This document shows, piece by piece, positions 8,615-19,410 of a stretch of DNA of 20,000 nt. The position numbers were made by a program, and so were the translations under genes. The stretch is from IMG/VR virus record IMGVR_UViG_3300012950_000001. One strand, given 5' to 3'. The stretch is from an uncultured virus (IMG/VR IMGVR_UViG_3300012950_000001) (taxonomy: Duplodnaviria; Heunggongvirae; Uroviricota; Caudoviricetes). Below the pieces are notes generated by a model that saw only the letters and a program-made list of their open reading frames with translations, had not been told where the DNA came from and did no database searches. The first letter of the stretch is position 1; each line of letters starts with the position of its first letter.

Positions 8615-10843
8615 ATGTTTTACGGATTTAGATCAAGCAGACCAAAAGTTAAGTCTTCCGTGAATTATGAGGTCAAAGGACAACTAGCTAAATTGCTTGC
8701 TACCGAAGACATCATAATCGAGAATCGCAAGGTCCCCACGGCTTCATTTGATGTGGTTAGAAGGATTCTTACCCTCCCACTATGGGAGAAGGCTTCTGAG
8801 GTCGTATATGACCTTTTGGTAGGACATGAAGTTGGCCATGCATTATATACTCCTGATGAAAATTGGAAACTAAAGTATCCAAAAATCCCAATGTCCTTTG
8901 TTAATATTCTTGAGGACGTTAGGATTGAGAAGTTGATGAAACGTAAGTATCCTGGCCTTATAAAGACATTTCGTAAAGGGTATTCTCAACTAAGTGATAT
9001 GGACTTCTTTGAGATTGAAGAAGTTGATCTTGATACCTTGAGTCTTCCTGATCGGATTAACTTATACTATAAGGTTGGTTCTTTTGTTAAGATTCCATTC
9101 ACTGTTGGTGAGTCTATCTTTCTCAGGAGGGCATCAGAGACTAATAATTTCCAAGAGGTTATAGATCTTGCAAAGGAATTAACAGAATTCTATACAGATG
9201 AAGAAGAAAATAAAATTAAGACACCAGTACCAGTACAAGATTCTGCACAGGATCGTCCTGATACAGAATTAGAAAGACCAGATATAGGTCCAGATACTAC
9301 TGAGTATGAAGAAACAGATCAGGAAGAAGAAGGTCAGTCAAAAACTGAAAGTAAGAACGAGTCTGATGATGTATCTGAATTTCCAAGTCCAGTTCCTAGT
9401 ATGGGTGATACTGGTGGGGATCTAGAGACTGTTACAGATTCAACTCTCCAAGATAATATTAATAAACTCACAGACGTATCTGATAGTAATGAAGAACCAG
9501 TTTATGTTGAATGTCCTAAGTTAAACCTTGACACTTTAATTACATCAGGTGAGGAAATTTATGAGTGTCTTGATGATTGGTATGCTTTAACTAAGAAGAA
9601 TCTTCTAGAACATAATATAGATCCCTTTGTGACTGTGGATAGTGACTATGTTAAGTTCAAAAAGACTGCTCAAAAGGAAGTTAATTACTTGGTTAAAGAG
9701 TTTGAATGTAGAAAATCTGCAAGTGCTTATGCTCGTGCTGCTACTTCTAGGACTGGAGTTTTGGACACAAGTAAGTTACAGACTTACAAATTCAATGAAG
9801 ATCTATTCAAGAAAGTAACAACTCTTCCAGATGGTAAGAATCATGGATTGATTTTCATTCTTGATTGGTCTGGATCTATGTCTGAGGTTCTTCTTGATAC
9901 AGTAAAACAACTTTACAATTTAGTTTGGTTCTGTAGGAAGGTTCAAATTCCTTATGAAGTATATGCTTTCACTAATGAATGGAAAACAAGAGATAAATCA
10001 GAAGAAATAAAAACTCTTCCAGAACATATGGAAAGGAAGGAAAGAGTTCTTCAAGTTGATTCAGAATTTACTCTTCTCAATGTATTGAGTAGTAGGACAA
10101 AGACCACACAACTTGATAATCGGATGAAGAGTTTCTTCAGACTTGTTACTTCATTGGATCGTAAGGGAAGGTCAAATCATATGGATTATTGTTATCAGTA
10201 TCCAGATAGACTTTGTTTGTCTGGTACTCCATTGAACGAGGCTTTAATTTCTCTTAATAGTATTATTCCAGAATTTAGAAAGAGAACTAAGGTTGAGAAA
10301 GTTCAGTGTATTACTCTTACAGATGGTGATGCACATGCATTAAAATATAATGCAATATGTAAGACCAGATATTATGAGGATGATGGTGAAACTTACATGG
10401 GTTACAGGAGTACTATCAATGGAAAAACTTTTATTCGTGATAGGAAGACTGGTAAAACATATTTCTGTAAGACTGAGTACTATGAAATGACTTCTGCTTT
10501 ATTGAATCAACTTAGAGATAGATTCCCCAATACTAATTTCATTGGTATCAGGGTTATGGCTAACCGTGATGCTAGTAATTTCATTCGTAGGCATTCTGAT
10601 TTTGATTATAATAAGGTAGAATCTATAGTTAAAGAATGGAGAAAAAATAAGTCTTTCTCAATTCCAGATGCAGGATACCATGCTTACTTTGGTCTATCTT
10701 CAAGTGCTCTCAATACTGAGACTGAGTTTGATACTGATCTTAATGCTACCAAAGCAGAGATCAAACGTGCCTTTAATAAGAGTCTTAAGGGTAAGAAAAT
10801 GAACAAGAAAGTTCTTGGTGAGTTTATCAGTCTGATCGCTTAG
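8615..10843 (+). CDS. HExxH metallopeptidase-like N-terminus, acidic linker and vWA (MIDAS) domain; CobT-like partner of the MoxR ATPase
   Basis: GHEVGHALYT and NILEDVRIE; acidic low-complexity linker; vWA motifs FILDWSGSM, SGTPL, LTDGD. Confidence 0.9.
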   Translation: MFYGFRSSRPKVKSSVNYEVKGQLAKLLATEDIIIENRKVPTASFDVVRRILTLPLWEKASEVVYDLLVGHEVGHALYTPDENWKLKYPKIPMSFVNILEDVRIEKLMKRKYPGLIKTFRKGYSQLSDMDFFEIEEVDLDTLSLPDRINLYYKVGSFVKIPFTVGESIFLRRASETNNFQEVIDLAKELTEFYTDEEENKIKTPVPVQDSAQDRPDTELERPDIGPDTTEYEETDQEEEGQSKTESKNESDDVSEFPSPVPSMGDTGGDLETVTDSTLQDNINKLTDVSDSNEEPVYVECPKLNLDTLITSGEEIYECLDDWYALTKKNLLEHNIDPFVTVDSDYVKFKKTAQKEVNYLVKEFECRKSASAYARAATSRTGVLDTSKLQTYKFNEDLFKKVTTLPDGKNHGLIFILDWSGSMSEVLLDTVKQLYNLVWFCRKVQIPYEVYAFTNEWKTRDKSEEIKTLPEHMERKERVLQVDSEFTLLNVLSSRTKTTQLDNRMKSFFRLVTSLDRKGRSNHMDYCYQYPDRLCLSGTPLNEALISLNSIIPEFRKRTKVEKVQCITLTDGDAHALKYNAICKTRYYEDDGETYMGYRSTINGKTFIRDRKTGKTYFCKTEYYEMTSALLNQLRDRFPNTNFIGIRVMANRDASNFIRRHSDFDYNKVESIVKEWRKNKSFSIPDAGYHAYFGLSSSALNTETEFDTDLNATKAEIKRAFNKSLKGKKMNKKVLGEFISLIA

Positions 10844-10911
10844 ACCACTTTAAGAAGTGGTACAATGTCCCTGAAAAATGGGACTTTTTCCTTTATAATG
10901 CATACATACAA
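10844..10911 (+). promoter_or_regulatory. Promoter module copy 2 (perfect palindrome, -10, CATACAA)
   Basis: ACCACTT-TAAG-AAGTGGT (10844-10861); TATAAT 10894-10899; CATACAA 10905-10911. Confidence 0.75.
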
Positions 10912-10922
10912 ACAAGATAACA

Positions 10923-13691
<2,769 letters not shown>

Positions 13692-13705
<14 letters not shown>

Positions 13706-14360
13706 TAGAACAGTTAATTTACTTCGTAATTTTTCTACGATCAATCAATCTATTCTGTTCAAACAGGGTAATAAACTTCGCACTATTAGTGTGATGAAGA
13801 ATATCCTTGCAGAAGCTAATGTGGATGAAGATTTCCCACAGGATTTTGGTGTGTATGATCTTGGACAGTTCCTCAATTCTTTGAGTCTGTTCCAAGAACC
13901 AGAGTTGAATTTTACTGGAGAGAGTTTCCTTACAGTTAAGGAAGGTAGGCAAAGATCTAAGTATTTCTTTGCTGATCCTAGTGTTATTGTTTCTCCTCCA
14001 GATAAGAAGTTGTCACTTCCTACAGTGGATGTAGAGTTCTCATTGAAGAGTGCTCAACTAGATCGTCTTCTTAAGGCTGCTGCTGTATATCATCTAACAG
14101 ATATTTCTGTTGTTGGAAATGGTAAAGAGATTAAGTTGAAAGTACATGATCGTAAGAACGATACTTCTAATGATTTCTCTATTATTGTTGGTGTAACTGA
14201 TAAGAAGTTTGAACTACACTTTAAGGTTGAAAATATCAAGATTGTTCCTGGCACATATGATGTCAAGATCTCTCGCAAACTATTAGCAGAGTTTAAGTCT
14301 TCTGAGTATGATCTTACTTATTTCATTGCTCTAGAACCTGATCTTACTTGGGAAGAATGA
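13692..14360 (+). CDS. gp45: Sliding clamp (T4 gp45)
   Basis: MKLSDRTVNLLRNFSTINQSI, FGVYDLGQFL, YFFADPSVI, FKVENIKIVPGTYDV, YFIALE. Start could instead be 13674. Confidence 0.96.
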
Positions 14361-14545
14361 TCTGGGAGGTATGGAAGTATGCACTGGGAAGTTTCGAGGA
14401 TAATAAGACTGCAAAGTACGACAATGCAGTTTGTATTATTAGGAGTTTTATTCTTCTTACTTATCTTGCCACCAATATTTTTATTACTGCTGGTGTTATA
14501 AGACATTGGAATCCACCAAACCATGTACAAAGTAATAGCCTATGA
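14357..14545 (+). CDS. Small hypothetical membrane protein
   Basis: ATGA overlap with the gp45 stop; WKYALGSF...DNAVCIIRSFILLTYLATNIFITAGVIRHWN, with one hydrophobic helix. Confidence 0.75.
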   Translation: MIWEVWKYALGSFEDNKTAKYDNAVCIIRSFILLTYLATNIFITAGVIRHWNPPNHVQSNSL

Positions 14546-14774
14546 AGATGAGTATTCCGATCAAGTTTCAGAAATGGAATGTGATGATTGGACAGAGGCT
14601 CAAGATGAGGCTGTACGATTATTGGAATCTGGTATGGAATGGGTTGATATAATGCAAGATGCTGGGCTCTTGCAACAACTAAATTTAAAGAGAGGTATTG
14701 TAGGAACTTTCTTCAGTACCCATGTACTCGCTCCCTATTATGTAAGGTTAAGGAATTATGGCAAAAAAAACTAG
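14523..14774 (+). CDS. Hypothetical protein, 83 aa
   Basis: Co-oriented and overlapping its neighbours; acidic N-terminal half. Confidence 0.65.
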   Translation: MYKVIAYEDEYSDQVSEMECDDWTEAQDEAVRLLESGMEWVDIMQDAGLLQQLNLKRGIVGTFFSTHVLAPYYVRLRNYGKKN

Positions 14775-15012
14775 AGAAGAATTAATTCGTGAGTATGCGG
14801 AATTTACTGCATCCAAAATGTCAGAAGATAGTCTAAGACGTATCGCTGTCATTACTTTGCTTGCTAATATTGATCCCAATAGTACTCTTGAGGATTGGGA
14901 GGATTATGTTGCAAGGATTGATCCCTTAATGAAGAGTGAAGATCTATTGCAGATGATTCAACCTCATGTTATAATGACTAAACCAACTAAAGCGAGGCCC
15001 GCCGATGAGTGA
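14758..15012 (+). CDS. Hypothetical protein, 84 aa
   Basis: SD-like AAGGA upstream of the ATG; overlaps the gp44 start. Confidence 0.7.
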   Translation: MAKKTREELIREYAEFTASKMSEDSLRRIAVITLLANIDPNSTLEDWEDYVARIDPLMKSEDLLQMIQPHVIMTKPTKARPADE

Positions 15013-15955
15013 TGATTTTCTTTGGGTCGAAAAGTATCGCCCTAAGACAATTGATGATTGTATTCTACCAGAGAGTACAAAGAAAAGCTTCAAGGACTTC
15101 CTAGAAGCAGGTGAAATTCCAAATCTATTGTTGTCTGGTCCGCCAGGAATTGGTAAGACCACAGTTGCTAAGGCATTATGTGAAGAGTTGGGATGTGATT
15201 ATTATGTTATTAATGGATCCGATGAGGGAAGGTTCCTAGATACTGTGCGAAATCAGGCGAAGAACTTTGCCTCCACAGTATCTCTAATGTCAGATGGAGA
15301 TGCGAAGCATAAGATTATAATTATAGACGAAGCAGATAACACTACACACGATGTTCAACTCCTCCTCAGAGCCAATATCGAATCCTTCTATAAGAATTGT
15401 AGGTTTATCTTCACATGTAACTTCAAGAATAGGATCATTGAACCCCTCCATAGCCGATGCTCAGTCATCGAGTTTGGAATCTCAGGGAAACACAAACAAG
15501 CAATCGCTGCCCAATTCTTCGGGAGACTTGTATCCATCTTGGACAAAGAACGGGTTGAAGCTGATAAGAAAGTCCTTGCCGAACTTATCAATAAGCACTT
15601 CCCTGACTGGAGAAGAGTCTTAAATGAGTGTCAGAGACATGCAGTTGGTGGTAAGATTGATTCTTCTATACTCGCTAGTTTTTCGGATGTTAATGTAAAT
15701 GATCTCGTTAAAAACCTCAAAGAAAAACAGTTTAAGGAAGTACGTAAATGGTGTGTCAATAATCTGGACAATGATCCTGCTGTACTTTTGCGTCGTATTT
15801 ACGATGCTCTTTGTGATTCCTTGGAAGGTCCTTCCGTTGCTGCTGCTGTTCTCATTATTGCTAAGTATCAGTATCAGATCGCCTTTGTTGCGGATCAAGA
15901 AATAAATCTTCTTGCATGTCTGACTGAAATTATGGTGGAGTGTGATTTTAAATGA
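15005..15955 (+). CDS. gp44: Clamp loader large subunit (T4 gp44)
   Basis: LWVEKYRP, Walker A GPPGIGKTT, INGSD, Walker B IIIDEAD, FIFTCN, PLHSRC. Confidence 0.97.
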   Translation: MSDDFLWVEKYRPKTIDDCILPESTKKSFKDFLEAGEIPNLLLSGPPGIGKTTVAKALCEELGCDYYVINGSDEGRFLDTVRNQAKNFASTVSLMSDGDAKHKIIIIDEADNTTHDVQLLLRANIESFYKNCRFIFTCNFKNRIIEPLHSRCSVIEFGISGKHKQAIAAQFFGRLVSILDKERVEADKKVLAELINKHFPDWRRVLNECQRHAVGGKIDSSILASFSDVNVNDLVKNLKEKQFKEVRKWCVNNLDNDPAVLLRRIYDALCDSLEGPSVAAAVLIIAKYQYQIAFVADQEINLLACLTEIMVECDFK

Positions 15956-16512
15956 TACCCACCGTACATTGGATACGATTCAGTGACTACCATAAATTAG
16001 CAGACTTAGTGGGTATGCGTGGTGCAGTTTATGGATTTGTTTGGAATGAGATTAAACCATCTATTACCCAGTCCCCATCAGATCTCGAAGGATGTGTATA
16101 CATCGGAGAGTCTGGTGGTTTTTATTATGATAAACAAGGTGGTAAAGGTAAGTTAAGAAGTCATTTACATAAAAGGATGACACAACACCATAAACCTTTT
16201 ACTACAGGTGAGTGTAATGAACGTAAGTATGAATTGTTTAAGGAGAGATATGGTTATGGTGATGATGTTCTTAATGGAACCTTAACTGGTATTGCCCTTT
16301 GGGTAGGATATATGTGTCCTCCTAAAGAAGATCCAGATTATTGTTTGAAGTCTTGGTTGATATCCACAGAACATCATGAGATTTATCAGTATCAACGTAG
16401 GTGGGGCAAGTCACCTCTTATGAATATGCAGGTTGATGGTAGAGGAAAGAATCCTGATTCTTATTCAAGTCAGATGATGCTTAGTTACAATTCTTTAGAC
16501 CAATTTTATTGA
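15952..16512 (+). CDS. Hypothetical protein with GIY-YIG-like nuclease motifs
   Basis: GAVYGF...CVYIGES...HKRMTQH...STEHHEI...PLMN matches the ordered Y/YIG/R/E/N pattern; ATGA overlap with gp44. Confidence 0.65.
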   Translation: MIPTVHWIRFSDYHKLADLVGMRGAVYGFVWNEIKPSITQSPSDLEGCVYIGESGGFYYDKQGGKGKLRSHLHKRMTQHHKPFTTGECNERKYELFKERYGYGDDVLNGTLTGIALWVGYMCPPKEDPDYCLKSWLISTEHHEIYQYQRRWGKSPLMNMQVDGRGKNPDSYSSQMMLSYNSLDQFY

Positions 16513-16535
16513 CTTATTGGGGGTTTTGAATTAAA

Positions 16536-16808
16536 ATGGATGCTATGAAAAAGAAACAAAGACACCAAGTAAAATCCAGATTTTATTATTTGTTCTGGGG
16601 TGCTGCAACTCTATCAGTATTTGCTGGACAGTTGTATGTTGGTACTGGGTATCGTAAGATGTCTGAGTCCTTTGAACGGATACTGAAAACTCCGATTGTT
16701 GTTGGAATTACAGGCCTACCAAGCTTGCGAAAAGATAGTTGGGATAACTATCAACAACATGAACCTGAATTTTACCATCCAACGGATCCTCCTAAGAGAA
16801 TTTATTAA
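16536..16808 (+). CDS. Small hypothetical membrane protein
   Basis: Basic N-terminus followed by hydrophobic FYYLFWGAATLSVFAGQLYVG; stop overlaps the next ATG (TAATG). Confidence 0.75.
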   Translation: MDAMKKKQRHQVKSRFYYLFWGAATLSVFAGQLYVGTGYRKMSESFERILKTPIVVGITGLPSLRKDSWDNYQQHEPEFYHPTDPPKRIY

Positions 16809-17932
16809 TGCAACTATCACCTGCTGATGCCACTTATGCAGCAGATAAATTCATTGATTACTTCTCCAATACAGGAAGGATCGATGAATATTTGCGTACT
16901 GTGAAGATGGATCGTATTGCAGATCAACCTATGGCTTTGCCTGGGTTTGGTCCAGAAGACGATCTGTTTGATGATTTTGATATGCATCCAGATGATATGG
17001 ATATCAAAATTTATAATGCTGGAGATAGGGGAGGATTTAGTAATGAGTATTTCAATGAGAGATTACAGATTACTATGTCCCATGCCTTTGAGAGTTCTAT
17101 TCCTGGCAAATCTTTAAAGTGGATAGTAAAGGAAGGTAATACAGATAAGACTATTGGGTTCATAAGGTTTGGTTCTCCCACCATCAATTCTAAACCAAGG
17201 AATGAATGGTTGGGTAACACGCCAGATCTTAGTCGGTTTAATCGCCATGCTATCATGGGATTTATTATTGTTCCTACTCAACCATTTGGATTTAATTACC
17301 TAGGTGGAAAACTTCTAGCGATGTTGTGTTGTTCTCATAACGCAAGGGAACAATTGAATAAGAAATATGACGCTGATATATGTTTATTTGAAACTACATC
17401 CCTGTATGGATCAACCAAATCTTCTTCTCAATATGATGGGTTAAAACCTTATATGAGGTACAAGGGACTGACTGTAAGTGACTTTACTCCTCTTCTCCAT
17501 GACAGAATTTTCCATGATTTAAACAAGTGGTTTATAGCAAGGAATAATGATAAATTATTGGTAAAAGAAGATGCTTCCAGTAGGAAGTTAAAGACTCAAT
17601 CTAAGATGATATCCATCATTAAGAAGTCTTTAGAGTCTCCTGAAAAGTTACAACAGTTTCATGCTGCTATAAGATCTGCAAAGGATTTAACAGAACAAAA
17701 ACGTTTCTATATGTCCAACTATGGTTTCAAGAATGCTCGAGAAGTTATTCTCGGAACTGAAGATAAACTCATTAAGGCTGAGAATTATGATAGGTTCTCT
17801 GTTGATTCGATTGTTGATTGGTGGAGAAGGAAAGCTGCTCGTAGGTACGAAAGTCTCCAAAACCTTGGAAGACTAAGAACCAAGTTAGAGACTTGGAATA
17901 CTAACCCAGATGAAATTGACATAATAAGATGA
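16808..17932 (+). CDS. DUF4338 / DruA-like protein
   Basis: IPGKSLKWIV, IGFIRFGSP, IVPTQPFGFNYLGGKLLA, FETTSLYG, SSQYDG, YKGLT resemble recalled DUF4338 motifs. The ORF itself is certain; the family call is less so. Confidence 0.75.
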   Translation: MQLSPADATYAADKFIDYFSNTGRIDEYLRTVKMDRIADQPMALPGFGPEDDLFDDFDMHPDDMDIKIYNAGDRGGFSNEYFNERLQITMSHAFESSIPGKSLKWIVKEGNTDKTIGFIRFGSPTINSKPRNEWLGNTPDLSRFNRHAIMGFIIVPTQPFGFNYLGGKLLAMLCCSHNAREQLNKKYDADICLFETTSLYGSTKSSSQYDGLKPYMRYKGLTVSDFTPLLHDRIFHDLNKWFIARNNDKLLVKEDASSRKLKTQSKMISIIKKSLESPEKLQQFHAAIRSAKDLTEQKRFYMSNYGFKNAREVILGTEDKLIKAENYDRFSVDSIVDWWRRKAARRYESLQNLGRLRTKLETWNTNPDEIDIIR

Positions 17933-18834
17933 ACTACAAAGATTCGGGTGTTGATATAGAGGCAGGTAATGCTTTTGTAGAAGAACTCAAACTTAAAGCT
18001 CCCACCATTGGGGGCTTTAATGGTATGTTTAAAGTACCAAGTGGATATGAGAGACCTGTATTGGTTTCTGGTGCTGATGGTGTAGGTACTAAGATGAATA
18101 TAGCCAGAGTTGCTGGTGACTATACTACTATTGGTATAGATCTAGTTGCTATGTGCGTTAATGATGTTATCACTAGTGGTGCTAAACCATTATACTTTTT
18201 GGACTATGTTTCTACCAAGAAGATAGATGATAACGTTGCTGATATTATGGTTGGTATCCTTAAGGGATGTGAGATTGCAGGTGTTGATCTATTAGGTGGA
18301 GAGACTGCGGAACATTTCAGACAGAGTGATTATGATCTTGCTGGATTCTGTACAGGTATAGTAGAAGAGTTTGATATCGTTAATGGTAGGATGATTAAAC
18401 CAGGCGATAAGGTTATTGGTTTAGCTAGTAGTGGATTGCATAGTAATGGATATACTTTGATTAATGATATGTTATGGAGACATAAGATATCATGGAAAGA
18501 TACTCCTGAGTTACTTACTCCCACCACAATCTATGCTCCTATTATCAAAGAGTTGTTGGATGAATATCCTATCCTAGGGATGGCACATATAACTGGTGGT
18601 GGTATTCCAGAGAACCTTCCTAGGTGTTTGCCAGAAGGTTTAAAAGTAAGAGTAGATTATAATTCTTGGCCTCTACCAGAGATCTTTAGTAAGGTAATGT
18701 GTGCAGGTGAAATAACAGAGGAAGAGATGAAGAGAGTATTTAATCTTGGTATTGGATTTTGTTTAATAGTACCGCCAGAGATTGATATACATACTACAAT
18801 CCCTTCTTGGGAAATTGGAGAAGTCTATGAGTAA
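17929..18834 (+). CDS. purM: Phosphoribosylformylglycinamidine cyclo-ligase (AIR synthetase)
   Basis: YKDSGVDI, DGVGTK, GIDLVAMCVND, PLYFLDY, GGETAE, YDLAG, SSGLHSNGY, AHITGGG, VFNLGIG. Confidence 0.97.
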   Translation: MNYKDSGVDIEAGNAFVEELKLKAPTIGGFNGMFKVPSGYERPVLVSGADGVGTKMNIARVAGDYTTIGIDLVAMCVNDVITSGAKPLYFLDYVSTKKIDDNVADIMVGILKGCEIAGVDLLGGETAEHFRQSDYDLAGFCTGIVEEFDIVNGRMIKPGDKVIGLASSGLHSNGYTLINDMLWRHKISWKDTPELLTPTTIYAPIIKELLDEYPILGMAHITGGGIPENLPRCLPEGLKVRVDYNSWPLPEIFSKVMCAGEITEEEMKRVFNLGIGFCLIVPPEIDIHTTIPSWEIGEVYE

Positions 18835-19099
18835 ACCAACGCCAGGATCTTATATTGATACTCAGGGGATGGGTGGTCCTGCTGATCCTAATGTTAAATC
18901 ATCTGGTCCAGTAGAATATAAACCTGCTTCAGTTAAACCTTGGAGATTATTTACTGAGACTTTTGCTAAGGAGATGAAGATCCTTATCAATGAAGTGTTG
19001 GATGAAAGAGAAGGTAAGACTGGTATATCTTACTTTGATACTGAACATTTTAAACATACTGTAATTGATGAAGAACCACCCTACCAACCATACCAATGA
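18827..19099 (+). CDS. Hypothetical protein, about 90 aa
   Basis: ATG 18827 (MSKPTPGSYIDTQGMGG...) follows SD GGAG and overlaps the purM end; ATGA overlap with the next gene. Confidence 0.7.
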   Translation: MSKPTPGSYIDTQGMGGPADPNVKSSGPVEYKPASVKPWRLFTETFAKEMKILINEVLDEREGKTGISYFDTEHFKHTVIDEEPPYQPYQ

Positions 19100-19410
19100 G
19101 TGAAAAACATAGTTATACTAATCCATCTAAACCTCAAGACCTAGCACATTTAGAGGCAGTTAGTGATAAGAAGTATGATGAGGAAGGTAATGAGTTAGAT
19201 AAGCATGGGTTTAGAGTTCAAGTATATCCAGATGGATTAGAATCAGTTCGCAAGTCGGTTGAGAATTGTGAGCAGATGTGTGGGTTGGATAGGAAAGTGA
19301 TTCAGGAATTACTTAAAGGTGAGTGGTGTGAATATACTACATTAAATTCAGTTGGTAGGTCATCCAAAAAGATTGTTATCGAATACAATATCAGGAGCAA
19401 AGAACAATGA
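19096..19410 (+). CDS. Hypothetical protein, 104 aa
   Basis: ATGA overlaps on both sides. Confidence 0.72.
   Translation: MSEKHSYTNPSKPQDLAHLEAVSDKKYDEEGNELDKHGFRVQVYPDGLESVRKSVENCEQMCGLDRKVIQELLKGEWCEYTTLNSVGRSSKKIVIEYNIRSKEQ

Noticed and set aside
9220..9420. Short RPD/GPD and PVPV repeats in the vWA linker
   Set aside because: Ordinary low-complexity linker with no regular DNA repeat array.
15300..15620. Apparently C-richer patch in gp44 with alternative-frame ORFs (a similar patch at 11400-11460)
   Set aside because: Could be a recombination tract, but this is only a visual impression; it needs sliding-window composition and recombination tests.
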